The notes under the pieces are model-generated. The model worked only from the letters and a program-made list of their open reading frames with translations. It had not been told where the DNA came from and did not search any database. The translations under genes and the position numbers were made by a program. From contig CAWJBB010000087.1 of the NCBI GenBank assembly GCA_963840855.1, positions 96,001 through 160,000 on the forward strand: a stretch of 64,000 nucleotides of DNA, in the 5' to 3' direction. Position 1 is the stretch's first letter, and every line of letters starts with the position of its first letter. Origin of the DNA: an uncultured delta proteobacterium (lineage in GTDB: Bacteria > Desulfobacterota > Binatia > UBA9968). Of the stretch, positions 10,229 to 20,139 are shown piece after piece.

Positions 10229-11397
10229 GTGACGTCGATGGCGGATGAAGCGGTTGTTGCCAAATTGAGGGTCGATCAGGTGGGCAGTCTCCTGCGCCCA
10301 AAAAAATTGAAGGATGTCTATGCCCGGCATGGGCTCGGCGCGGTGAGCGATGGCAATTTGCGCGAAGCGCAAGACGAGGCGATTCACGCCCTCATAGTCC
10401 AGCAGGAGGCGCACCGCTTGCCGGTGCTGACCGACGGCGAATATCGCCGGCTCAATTTTCAGGATAGCTTTGTCGAATCGGTTTCCGGATTCGTTTCAGA
10501 AAAACAGACACTGCAATTCCAGGAAAGCCGCACCTTGGGTGGGCAAGCCTTGCAGCGCTGGCAGCCGGATTCGGCCATAACCGATCCAAAACTCCAGTAC
10601 TGGCGGCCCATCACCCGGCGACTGCGCCTGAACGAGAACCAGCCCCTCAAAGAGTGGCGCTTCGCCGCCAAGCTTACGATGAAGCCGGTAAAAGTCACCT
10701 TGCTTTCGCCGGACCGGGTCTGCGAAAATTTCGAGCGCCAGAACTCCTCGCGGAGTATATGTCGATTTGGAGGAATACCTCGCCGACGTCGTCTCCATTT
10801 GCCGGCGCCTCGTCACCCAGTTGGCCGATGCGGGTTGTCCCTACATACAGATCGACGCGCCGAGCTATACGTCCTACGTCGACGCGCAGTCTCTGGAAAA
10901 GATGCAGCGCGGCGGGGATGGACCCGGTGGCGAAAATGGAACGCTCCATAATGGCGGACAACGCGATTGTCGGCGGCGTCAATGGCGTAACGTTCGGCAT
11001 CCACCTGTGCCGCGGCAACGTGCGCAGCATGTGGCACCGCGAGGGCAGTTACGACGCCATCGCCGAGCGTTTATTCAATGCGCTTAAACATCAGCGCTTT
11101 CTGCTCGAATACGACACGGAGCGGGCCGGCGGCTTTGAGCCGTTGCGATTTGTGCCCAAGGATAAAATAGTCGTGCTCGGTCTCGTCAGCACCAAGGTCC
11201 CGGCCCTGGAAAGCCCCGATGAATTGAAGCGCAGGATTGACGAGGCCTCGCGTTACCTGCCGCTGGAGCAATTGGCGCTGAGCCCGCAGTGCGGCTTTTC
11301 ATCCAACATCGTCGGCAATCTTCTTAGCGAAGACGATCAGTGGCGCAAGTTCGATCTCATCCGCCAGGTCGCAGCCGATGTTTGGGGCGAAGGATGA
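10229..11397 (+). CDS. Cobalamin-independent methionine synthase II (Meth_synt_2) family protein, frameshifted
   Basis: DQVGSLLRP, TDGEYRR, IQIDAP, HLCRGN, LEYD, and LSPQCGF Zn-ligand motifs across frames. Confidence 0.85.
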
Positions 11398-11409
11398 AGT
11401 CGAAAGAAA

Positions 11410-11479
11410 TGGAGTGTTGGAGTAACGGAGTATTGGAGTATTGGGTCTCACATCACTGCACCACTCCAGTACTCCAGTG
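11410..11479. repeat. Inverted octamer tandem repeat (TGGAGTAT)n ... (ACTCCA)n
   Basis: tggagtgttggagtaacggagtattggagtattgg versus cactgcaccactccagtactccagt. Confidence 0.7.
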
Positions 11480-11499
11480 TCGACGAGGGGTTTGGCACG

Positions 11500-12768
11500 A
11501 TGATCACGCAAGAAGAAAATAATCTATTGACCCAGACCGGGCCGCGCACGCCGTGCGGCGAGATGATGCGGCGCTACTGGCAGCCGGTGGCGCTCAGCGA
11601 AGAACTGCCGGAAGGCAGCGCGCCTTTGAAGGTGCGCATATTCGGCGAAGAACTGGCGCTTTTCCGCGACGATCAGGGCCGGCCGGGGCTCATCGGACTG
11701 CACTGCTCGCACCGCGGCACCGATTTGAGCTACGGGCGCGTTGAAAACGGCGGCTTGCGCTGCCTCTATCACGGATGGCTCTACGATATTTGCGGCCGCG
11801 TGCTGGAACAGCCCGGCGAGCCGGGCGGCGGGGCCAACCGGCATGCAATCAAGCATCGCGCTCACCCATGCCAGGAGGCGGGCGGCGTAATTTTCACGTA
11901 TTTGGGCCCGGGCGATGCGCCGCTTTTGCCCAACTATGAGTTTCTCACTGTACCGGAGGAGCAGCGGAGCGTTACCAAGGCTTTTTATACCTGCAATTAT
12001 CTCCAGGGGAACGAAGGCAACATCGATCCGGTGCACCTGTCGTTTTTGCATCAGCATTTGTCGGAAGCCCGTCCGCCGCTGCAACGGATTGTCGGCGGCA
12101 GCGGGGAGACGGACAATACGCTCCTGGCCAGAGACCTCGCGCCGACCATCGAAGTGGAGCTGATGGACTACGGTCTTCGGATCTGCACCTTGCGCGCCGC
12201 CGAGGCGGGGAAGCGTTATTTGCGGATCACCAATTTCATTTTGCCGAACTTATCCGCTTTCGGCGGTTCAACGGTCGGCGAGGGTTACGCCGTCCATTGG
12301 CATGTGCCCATCGATGATCAGACTCACTGGAAATATATTTTCATGTTCAGCCGGAAGCGGGCCATCACTGCGGAGCTGCGCGACAAGAACCGGGCGGACA
12401 TCTCGCCGGATTACCGCTTGACGCGCAGTCAAGTCAACCGTTACCAGCAGGACCGCGCGTCGATGGCGACGAAAAGTTTCACCGGCATGGGCTTTAACTT
12501 CCAGGCCCACGATGCCTTCGCGACGGAAAGCCAGGGGACCATTCAGGACAGGACGCAGGAGAATCTCGTTTCCTCCGACAAGGCCATTATCGCCGCGCGC
12601 AAACTGATCGTGAACGCGATCAGGGACGTGCAAGAAAACCGCCGGCCGCAGCATGTGATGACGGATTCGGGGTCGAACCGCTTTCCCCATCTCATGGTAA
12701 TATCCGAAGTCATCGACGACGCCGTGGACTGGAAAGAGTATGTCAGGCAACTGGCCGGTAACCTTTAA
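11500..12768 (+). CDS. Rieske non-heme iron oxygenase alpha subunit (phthalate 4,5-dioxygenase-like)
   Basis: CSHRG...CLYHGW Rieske motif, EGNIDPVHLSFLH iron site, D...ESQG. Confidence 0.92.
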   Translation: MITQEENNLLTQTGPRTPCGEMMRRYWQPVALSEELPEGSAPLKVRIFGEELALFRDDQGRPGLIGLHCSHRGTDLSYGRVENGGLRCLYHGWLYDICGRVLEQPGEPGGGANRHAIKHRAHPCQEAGGVIFTYLGPGDAPLLPNYEFLTVPEEQRSVTKAFYTCNYLQGNEGNIDPVHLSFLHQHLSEARPPLQRIVGGSGETDNTLLARDLAPTIEVELMDYGLRICTLRAAEAGKRYLRITNFILPNLSAFGGSTVGEGYAVHWHVPIDDQTHWKYIFMFSRKRAITAELRDKNRADISPDYRLTRSQVNRYQQDRASMATKSFTGMGFNFQAHDAFATESQGTIQDRTQENLVSSDKAIIAARKLIVNAIRDVQENRRPQHVMTDSGSNRFPHLMVISEVIDDAVDWKEYVRQLAGNL

Positions 12769-12770
12769 AA

Positions 12771-12921
12771 CCGTTCCAATCGTTCCAAACGTTCAAATAG
12801 TTCCAATCGTTGAAGGCAATTGAATCGTTCAAGTTGTAGAGAATTTATGGAAGGTAAACCCTCCGAGACGGTTTGAACGATTTGAACGGCTTGAACGTTT
12901 TGAACAGGCCGACAAGGGAGG
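12771..12921. repeat. Intergenic hairpin element copy 1: (CGTTCAAAT)n - core - (GATTTGAAC)n - GGGAGG RBS
   Basis: 9-mer arms in inverted orientation around a core containing aaccctccgaga; homologous to 13914-14044 and 15043-15165. Confidence 0.8.
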
Positions 12922-12925
12922 CAAT

Positions 12926-13909
12926 TTGAGATTCCCAAGCAAATGGATTTATGTTGCGGCTTTTATCTTGGTCTCGCCCATTAACACCGGTGCACAGGAA
13001 CGTTACATGCTCGGTTACGCCGGGTTCGCCGGCTTCCAGGTATCCATGTGGGCGGCGAAGGACCTTGGTTTGCTCAAAAAGTACGGCCTCGATGGCGAAG
13101 TGGTGCTGGTTCCCGGGACCACGCGCCAGATACAGGCGCTCGTAGGCGAGAGCATCCATTTCGCGCATGTCGACGCCGCGGGTTACATTCGCGCCGTAAT
13201 GCGGGGAGCGGAAATGGCGCTGGTCGGAGGGTCGTCGAACAAGTTTCCGTTTAGTCTCGTAACTCAAAAAGAGATTCGCAAACCGGCCGAACTGATCGGC
13301 AAGAAGATCGGCATCGTGGGATTTGGCGGCGGCAATGATCTGGCCGTTACACTGCTGCTTAGAGAGTGGAAGATTCCGCGCGAGAAGGTCACGGTGCTGC
13401 AGGCTGGGGGAGGCGCGAACCGGCTCGCGGCTATGATGGCGAAAGCCCTCGACGCAACGGTACTTTCTCATCCGGAGCTGGGGGAGGCGTTGCGCGCGGG
13501 CATGAACGAGCTGGGCAACCTGAACGATTTCAAGTCGGCCGATTATCCGATGAGCGCCGTCGCCGTGCGGCGCTCGTTCTTGCAGAATAACCGCGGTGTC
13601 GTGAAGCGTTTCTTGCAAGCCTACGCCGAAGGCACGTACCAATTCATGAACGACAAGGAGAAAGGGATTAAGATTCTCAGGAACAGATTGAAGCAAGAAA
13701 ACCCGACAGCGCTGGAGGAGACTTACCGGTATTTTGCCCCGCAGTTTTCTTTTCCGACGCGAGTTTCGCAGAACGGATTGCGCAACACCATTGAGATGAT
13801 CGCTACAGAAAATGCCAAAGTAGACACCAATCTTCAGAAGTATCTAGACGAGAGCATACTTGACGAGCTGGAGAAGGAAGGGTTCTTCAAGCGAATTATT
13901 CAGAAATAA
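12926..13909 (+). CDS. ABC transporter substrate-binding protein, NMT1/SsuA-like (tandem paralogue A)
   Basis: AQERYMLGYAGFAGFQ, KYGLDGEVV, ELIGKKIGIVGFG. Confidence 0.85.
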   Translation: MRFPSKWIYVAAFILVSPINTGAQERYMLGYAGFAGFQVSMWAAKDLGLLKKYGLDGEVVLVPGTTRQIQALVGESIHFAHVDAAGYIRAVMRGAEMALVGGSSNKFPFSLVTQKEIRKPAELIGKKIGIVGFGGGNDLAVTLLLREWKIPREKVTVLQAGGGANRLAAMMAKALDATVLSHPELGEALRAGMNELGNLNDFKSADYPMSAVAVRRSFLQNNRGVVKRFLQAYAEGTYQFMNDKEKGIKILRNRLKQENPTALEETYRYFAPQFSFPTRVSQNGLRNTIEMIATENAKVDTNLQKYLDESILDELEKEGFFKRIIQK

Positions 13910-13913
13910 TTCG

Positions 13914-14044
13914 CGTTCAAATCGTTCAAATAGTTCAAAACGTTCAAAGTCGTTTGAGAAAACCACGGAACTTCGAACCTCCGAGATCGGCTTGAACGAT
14001 TTGAACAGCTTGAACGTTTTGAACACAGCCGACCGCAGGGAGGC
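13914..14044. repeat. Intergenic hairpin element copy 2
   Basis: cgttcaaat/agttcaaaa arms, core aacctccgaga, ttgaac arms, then gccgaccgcagggagg. Confidence 0.8.
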
Positions 14045-14048
14045 ATTG

Positions 14049-15084
14049 ATGAGATTCGCAGAGCAAATGGACTTCCTACTTCGGGTTTTTGCTGCTGCTG
14101 GTAATGCCCGTCGGCGCCGTCGCCCAGGAACGTTACATGATCGGTTACGCCGGGTTCGCCGGCTTCCAGGCGTCCATGTGGGCTGTCAAAGACCTGGGCT
14201 TACTCAACAAGTACGGTCTTGACGGTGAAGTGGTGATGCTGCCTGGTTCGATTCGGCAGATTCAGGCGCTGGTCAGCGACAGCATTCACTTTGGCCATGT
14301 CGATGCCGCGGGTTCGATACGGGCAATCACGGGGGGCGCGGATGTCGTGCTGGTCGGAGGATCGCTGAATAAGTTTCCTTTTAGTTTTGTCACGCAAAAA
14401 GAGATTCGCAAACCCGCGGACCTGGCGGGCAAGAAAATCGGTATCGTTGGCTTCGGCAGCGCCCACGATCTGGCCATGACGCTGCTGCTTAAAGAATGGA
14501 ACATTCCCCGGCAATCTGTAACGATTCTGCAAAGCGGCGGGGCGGCAAACCGTCTCGTTGCCCTTGCCGCGAATTCGCTGGACGCCACGCTGCTGTCTTA
14601 CCCGGAGATCAGCGAGGCGAACCGGATGGGTATGAACGTGTTGAGTGATTTCAACGAACTAAAGTCCGCGGACTATCCCATCACCGCCGTTGCAGTGCGC
14701 CGCTCCTTCTTGGAGCAAAAACGGGATACGGTAAAACGGTTCATGAAGGCCTATGCTGAGGGGACTCACCTGTTCATAACGGATAAAGAAAAGGCAAGTT
14801 CAGTTTACAAACGGCGACTGAAGCAAAATAACCCGAAAGCGCTCGAAGAGACGTATCAATACTTTGCTCCGAAGTTTTCTTATCCACCGCGGGTCTCCCA
14901 GAACGGACTGCGCAACACATTGGATTTGATCGCGATAGAAAATCCCAAAGTCGCTACGAATCTCGGCAAGTATCTCGACGAAAGTATTTTAGACGAGCTG
15001 GAGAAGGAAGGGTTCTTTAAGCGAATACTGGGAAATAATTCGCGGTTCCAAACGTTCAAAAGTTCAAAAGTTCAAGCCGGTTGA
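14049..15084 (+). CDS. ABC transporter substrate-binding protein (tandem paralogue B)
   Basis: Colinear and highly similar to 12926..13909; likely indels near the start and end, with the true stop probably TAA at 15036-15038. Confidence 0.85.
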
Positions 15085-15165
15085 GAACAAGCTATCGGAA
15101 ATTCAAACCTCCGTTGGACGGTTTGAACTGACTTGAACGATTTGAACCAACCGACCGCAGGGAGG
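15043..15165. repeat. Intergenic hairpin element copy 3
   Basis: gttcaaa arms, core aacctccg, ttgaac arms, then ccgaccgcagggagg. Confidence 0.75.
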
Positions 15166-15168
15166 TTT

Positions 15169-16032
15169 ATGTTAAGTAGAATTCAACACGCGGCCATCGT
15201 CAGTGAGAACTTCGTGCGCGAGGCCAAATTCTACGAGGCCGTGCTCGGCATGAAGCGGTCCAGGCCTGGTTCCGCCGAAGAAGAAAAAGCGATCCGGACC
15301 AACTACGCGGTCAGCATCAGCGATGGCTACGTCGGCGTCACGGTGATTGGACGAAAACCGGGATATGTTCCGGGCCTGCATCATTTCGGCGTCGACGTCG
15401 ATGATGTTGACGAAGCGATTCGCCGGATCAAGAAAAACTATCCCGACGTCGCGGTGTCTGAAGCGGCCGTCGAACCGGCCCTTCGCGACCTATGGGGCCC
15501 ACGATCCCGAAGGGAATTATTTTGATTAACGCAAGAAGGAATGGCTAACCGAAGAGACGTTTACGCGGCTCGATCTAACTCGCCGCAAGTGGTTCGACCT
15601 GGCTCACCACAGGTCGAGCCGCCGCGGCGCATCCATCACATCAAACTGCGCGTGATGAACCCCGCCAACATCGCTGCATTCTATCGCGACTCGTTCGATT
15701 TGCAGGAAGCGGAGAAAGCGCTCGAAGATCCCAACTTCTATCTCACCGACGGCAAAGTCACGCTGATCGTTGCGCCGTGGAAGATGAGCGACTTCGAAGG
15801 CGCGGGCATCGACCGGCCGGGGATCGAACATATTGGCTTCAAGGTCGAAAATGTCGAAGCCTTCAAGAAGGATCTAGCCGCCTTACGCGAAGCGAATCCC
15901 GAGATGCGCGAGCGCATCGTCAGCGAACCGAGCGAAGGCGAACGCCGCCTCGCTTTGATCGCTTCCTGCCGCCACGGCCAACACCAGTTCTCCAGTCCGG
16001 ACGGGATCTTCGTGGATATTTGCGAGACATAG
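15169..16032 (+). CDS. Two-domain VOC/glyoxalase family protein, frameshifted near 15455
   Basis: IQHAAI, FYEAVLGM, GLHHFG, HDPEGNYFD, IHHI.L, GIEHIGF, and PDG.FVD motifs. Confidence 0.8.
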
Positions 16033-16205
16033 GGTACAAAAAAGACCAGCCTAGTCAGCAAGGAACCTTCTTTGTGGACACAGTAATTTGGTTGGATCCG
16101 CGTCAAGATCTTTCAAGTCCTTGAAGTTTAAAGATAATTTAGTCAATATTCATCGTGAGTCCTCTGCGTATTTGTGCCCTCGTTGTGGGGTTGTATCCGT
16201 TTTTA

Positions 16206-16255
16206 GTGTGCTGTAATATTGTGCTTGACAACACACATTAGCTATGGCTTAATTT
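16206..16255 (+). promoter_or_regulatory. Putative sigma70 promoter and operator of the first TA operon
   Basis: TTGACA at 16225-16230 flanked by inverted GTGTG/CACAC half-sites; AT-rich -10 region; GGAGG RBS downstream. Confidence 0.5.
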
Positions 16256-16273
16256 CTCCCACGGAGGTGTGTC

Positions 16274-16543
16274 ATGGGTCGTGTGAACGTATTCTTGAAG
16301 GATGAATTGCTCGACGAGATCAACGAGGAAGCCAAAGAAGAAGGGACCAATCGAAGCGCCCTCATCCAGACAGCGTTGGAGAAGTATCTCGAAGGCAAGC
16401 GCCGTGAGCGCGAGGAGGAAGAAAAGCGGAAAAGGATGCAAGAGGCTTCGCGCAATATAGACGAGCTCGCCAAAGAGCTTGGAGACTGGAACCCCGTACC
16501 CATTATTCGCCACTTCCGCGATACAAATCTGAAAGGCGAGTAA
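16274..16543 (+). CDS. vapB: CopG/RHH-family antitoxin (VapB-like)
   Basis: RVNVFL.DELL..I...A...G.NRSALI..AL..YL RHH pattern; directly upstream of a PIN gene. Confidence 0.8.
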   Translation: MGRVNVFLKDELLDEINEEAKEEGTNRSALIQTALEKYLEGKRREREEEEKRKRMQEASRNIDELAKELGDWNPVPIIRHFRDTNLKGE

Positions 16544-16999
16544 ATGGTTGCTCCGTATCACCAAGGGTACGTACTCGATGCGTCCGTGGTTACCAAATGG
16601 TTTGTTGAGCGTAATGAACCCGATCGCGAGCGAGCCCTGGCGCTAAAAGAGATCCATGTATCAGGACGCTCCATCATCTACGTAATGGAACTGACCTTCT
16701 TGGAAGTGCTTAACGCTATCCGCTTCGGTTCGGGGACAAAGGAAGAGCAGGGTGCAAGAGCCATAGCTGGGCTTGTAGAGTTGCAGCTCGAGATCGTGCG
16801 TACTGATTTTCCATTACTCCGTAAAGCCAACGCCATCGCCTGGGCCTACAAAATTACGATCTACGACGCTCTCTATGTTGCCCTCGCCGAGCAAGTGGGA
16901 TATCCCCTCATCACCGCTGATGAAAAAATGATTACGAATCTAAAGGGCCACAGTATCGTCGTCCCTTTGCGGGAATTCGAATTCAGGGCTGAAAATTAG
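16544..16999 (+). CDS. vapC: PIN-domain toxin VapC
   Basis: VLDASV..KWF, E..NA, YDALYVALAE, LITAD. Confidence 0.9.
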   Translation: MVAPYHQGYVLDASVVTKWFVERNEPDRERALALKEIHVSGRSIIYVMELTFLEVLNAIRFGSGTKEEQGARAIAGLVELQLEIVRTDFPLLRKANAIAWAYKITIYDALYVALAEQVGYPLITADEKMITNLKGHSIVVPLREFEFRAEN

Positions 17000-17048
17000 C
17001 GCTTATTGATGTTCTTATTGCGACACTAGGTGTCAGAGTAAAAGTACA

Positions 17049-17315
17049 ATGTCCCCGATTCCCGTTTCGATTCGATCTGATGTACTGGCGCAGACTCGCC
17101 GGCTGAATCCGCGTCAAGCGGGAGCGCTGGATCACTTGCTCGCCCATGGCAAGCTGACTTTGGGCGAGCTGGAAAGTATCTTTCCCGACGTCAACCGCCG
17201 AACTCTACAGCGGGACCTGAAAGCTATGCTCGATAAGAGCTGCTTCGGGAGGTGGCCACGGGACCGACCGACCCCAATCGCCACTATGTACTTGGGGAGC
17301 TGTGACAAGCTATGA
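17049..17315 (+). pseudogene. C-terminal wHTH remnant of a Fic-family-like protein
   Basis: LNPRQ..AL..L...G.LT and VNRRTLQRDLK (DeoR-like HTH); no N-terminal domain. Confidence 0.55.
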
Positions 17316-17474
17316 CATGGAGCTGTGACATGCATTTCTATCCCCTTTGGATCGCGAAATGGCGACCTCCGAGTCGCAATTGCAGTTTCTTAGCGCGAAT
17401 GGCTGAAGCCGAACCGGTGGGCAAGGCGATGTCTTTTGGGAATTTTGATTGCGGTGAACTTCAGGGCGATTAAC

Positions 17475-17678
17475 CGAGGCATTTGATGACGCAGACCAAA
17501 CGAAAGAAGCGCCAAGATCCGAAAAAGCGGAAGATGCAGGAAGCGTCCCGTAAGATGGATGCGTTGGCGGAGAAGTTGGGGAAATCGGATCCTCAGGCAA
17601 CTATCAGGAAATTTCGGGACACGAACTTGAAAGGTGACGGCTGATGAGCCAGACAATGAACGAACCCAATGTCAATCG
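17475..17678 (+). repeat. Direct repeat of about 205 bp, copy 1 (copy 2 at 28185-28389)
   Basis: Long identical runs such as gcggaagatgcaggaagcgtcccgtaagatgga and tcggatcctcaggcaactatc. Confidence 0.9.
17486..17644 (+). CDS. 52-aa orphan mini-antitoxin homologous to the C-terminal half of VapB 16274..16543
   Basis: MTQTKRKKRQDPKKRKMQEASRKMDALAEKLGKSDPQATIRKFRDTNLKGDG aligns with KRKRMQEASRNIDELAKELGDWNPVPIIRHFRDTNLKGE; GAGG RBS; too short for the ORF track. Confidence 0.65.
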   Translation: MTQTKRKKRQDPKKRKMQEASRKMDALAEKLGKSDPQATIRKFRDTNLKGDG

Positions 17679-17978
17679 CCGGACAAGGGCGACCGGTTGA
17701 TTTGGCCTATTTGATAACGCTGGAAGCCATTTCGTCGAGGCGGCATCTTGTCCCGGTCCTCATACTTCGGACCAGTCCTCCCCATCCGGGCTTTTCCGTT
17801 TAGCATTTCGGAGTTTAGAAAATCTTCTTTATTACAGAGATCTTAACTTAGGCTTTCCGCGATAAGCCATTCTGGTTAGCGAGTCTTTCGGTAATCGTAA
17901 ACCTGCCCGTGCCCGAAGTCTACGCCCAAACACCGACCCGCCCAAGGCCCCCGCTGGTTATTACGGTTTCACTGGGTA

Positions 17979-18036
17979 TTGACAGTTCTTATCAGTATCT
18001 GGTAAATATTGGATACTCACAATGTATGGGGAGGTT
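17979..18036 (+). promoter_or_regulatory. Putative promoter, operator and RBS of the ParB-like operon
   Basis: TTGACA at 17979-17984; AGTATC-N12-GATACT inverted repeat over the -10 region; GGGGAGG RBS. Confidence 0.45.
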
Positions 18037-18040
18037 GGAA

Positions 18041-19094
18041 ATGATGCCAAAAGTCCTCGTGGATCCTGAACCTGCGCCTATCACGCTATTACGATAGAAG
18101 GGCAAGAGGTCGAAGTTCAATCTGCTATGCTTCCAATTGATGAAATCAAGCTCGACCCGGAGAATCCTCGTATAAAAAGAGGCCTAAAACCTCCGGTCAC
18201 CCAAGATACCATAAGGAAATTCCTTTTAGAGCAGCCTGGTGTACCGGACTTACAGAAGCAGATCCGTGATAACGGTGGCCTGATCGAACAAATCTTTGTA
18301 AATCAGGCAATATCTGCGCTGTCGAAGGAAACTGTCGAGCCGCTATCTATCGAAGGCTTCGGGACGCTCAGCAAAGCGACTCGCGATGGCAAAAGATCCC
18401 TGCGCTAGTTCTGCCGGCAGAGATTAGTGACGAACAGATCGCGATAGTGCGCGCCATTTTCCATGTGCAGCCGAAATAAAATCAGGTGGGGCGCCTATGA
18501 GCAGCAGGAGCACCTTTACGATATGGCGACCCGGCTCAAAATGGACATCCCCCGAATCGCCCTCCTTCTCGGTGTCAGCCAGAACCGACCGTCCGGAGAC
18601 TAATTGAGGCGTATGAGGGCATGACCAAATATTATGTCCCAAATGCTGGCTCTATCGAGGGACGGCGGGTTTGGTCTTACTTCGACGAGTTATTCAAGAA
18701 TCCAGGTCTGAAAGAATTTCGAGCGAGCGCAAAGAATATGGAGCTATTTTCTCAATTAGTCAAAGAGAAAAAGATTCCTCGTGGTGCCGATGCTCGACAG
18801 CTGGCGAATATTGTGAACGACAGCAAAGCATTTCAGAAGCTTCAAGCTAACGGTTTTAAGCCGGCTCTTAAACAGGCAGGACGCAGCCAACCCGCGAAAG
18901 TCTATCCGCTGTTTAAGAAGATACGACAAGCAAAGGTGGCGTTTGAGAAGATTACACAGGCAGATCTCGAGGATATCCAGAGGCAAGCCGGCCAGCAGAG
19001 TGAGCTGCGTGAACTCTACCGCGCCCTCACGAAGGTCGCCAAATTGGCGAATATTTCGCTCAAGTCGGAGGCGGAGCAAAATGGCAAGAAGTAA
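18041..19094 (+). CDS. ParB/Srx-like domain protein, paralogue 1 (several frameshifts)
   Basis: LDPENPRI, NGGLIEQIFV, VEGNCR (alternate frame), W.AYEQ, and WSYFDE, all shared with the next two genes. Confidence 0.75.
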
Positions 19095-20120
19095 CATAGC
19101 TGCAACGGCAGCCGAAAAAGTGGTAGTGGACGAAATCACGCTGGATGGACGTAAGGTGGCTGTGCGCAACGAAGAAATTCCAGTCGAACGCCTCCGACTT
19201 GACGCGCAGAATCCTCGCATTGCTAACACTGTCGCCTTTAGACGCGATTTAAAAGCCGATTTCGAAAGTGCAATTGAGGATCTGTTGTGGTCGGACCCAG
19301 ATGTTCGCGACCTGTACCGGCAGGTACTTGTGAATCGCGGACTCATCGAGAGGATCATCGTTACGACGGACTTTACCGTTGTTGAAGGCAATTGCCGACT
19401 GATTGTTTATCGGAAACTGCGAGAAAAGTATCCGGGTGAACCACATTGGATGAAAGTCCCATCACGAGTGCTTCCCGATGACATTAGTAAGCGCAATATT
19501 GCGTTGCTCTTGGCCCAGCTTCATGTCCAGGGGAAGAACGAGTGGTCTAGCTTCGAAAAAGCTGGGCACGTTTATAAGTTACACAAAGAATTCGCGTTAA
19601 CTCAGGATGAGATTGCCCTGAGGCTTCGCATGTCAAAGTCCAAGGTGAATCAGCTCATCCGTGCTTTCGAAGCGATGAAGACAGTGTTCCTTCCACGATT
19701 CCCAGACCCCGCTAACGTTCACAAGTTTTCGTATTTTGAGGAACTCTTCAAGAAACCTGAACTACGGGAATGGGCAATGAATGATGTTGATGCTGTTCAC
19801 CGATTTGCTGGGTGGGTTGGACAAGCAAACTCTCGCAGGGCGTTCAAGTCAGAGACCTATCAGCCATACTTGCGAGTCCAGAGGCCTTGGCTGCACTTGA
19901 GCACGGCGGCTACGTCGAAGCGCGAAAGGTACTTGAAGAAGATGATCCGACAATTTCATCGCCACTGTTTAGAAAAATGGTCGAAATGACTGAGGCTCTT
20001 CGTAATGCACGTCTTGACGATATCCAACGAGCACGGCCGGATGGTAGTCGCGCAGCACGAAGAATTGTACGTGATTTTCAGCAGGCATTAACCCGTTTTG
20101 TTCAGCTGAGTTCGAATTAG
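19081..20120 (+). CDS. ParB/Srx-like domain protein, paralogue 2 (frameshift near 19825)
   Basis: LDAQNPRI, RGLIERIIV, VVEGNCR, LHVQGKNEWSSFEKA, HTH-like QDEIA..L.MSKSKV, FSYFEE. Confidence 0.8.
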
Positions 20121-20139
20121 TTATACTCGGAGGAAATTA

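Noticed and set aside
12771-15165. CRISPR array or integron attC array
   Set aside because: The units are degenerate 9-mers without unique spacers; no cas or intI gene is present, and attC R/L-box structure is not convincing
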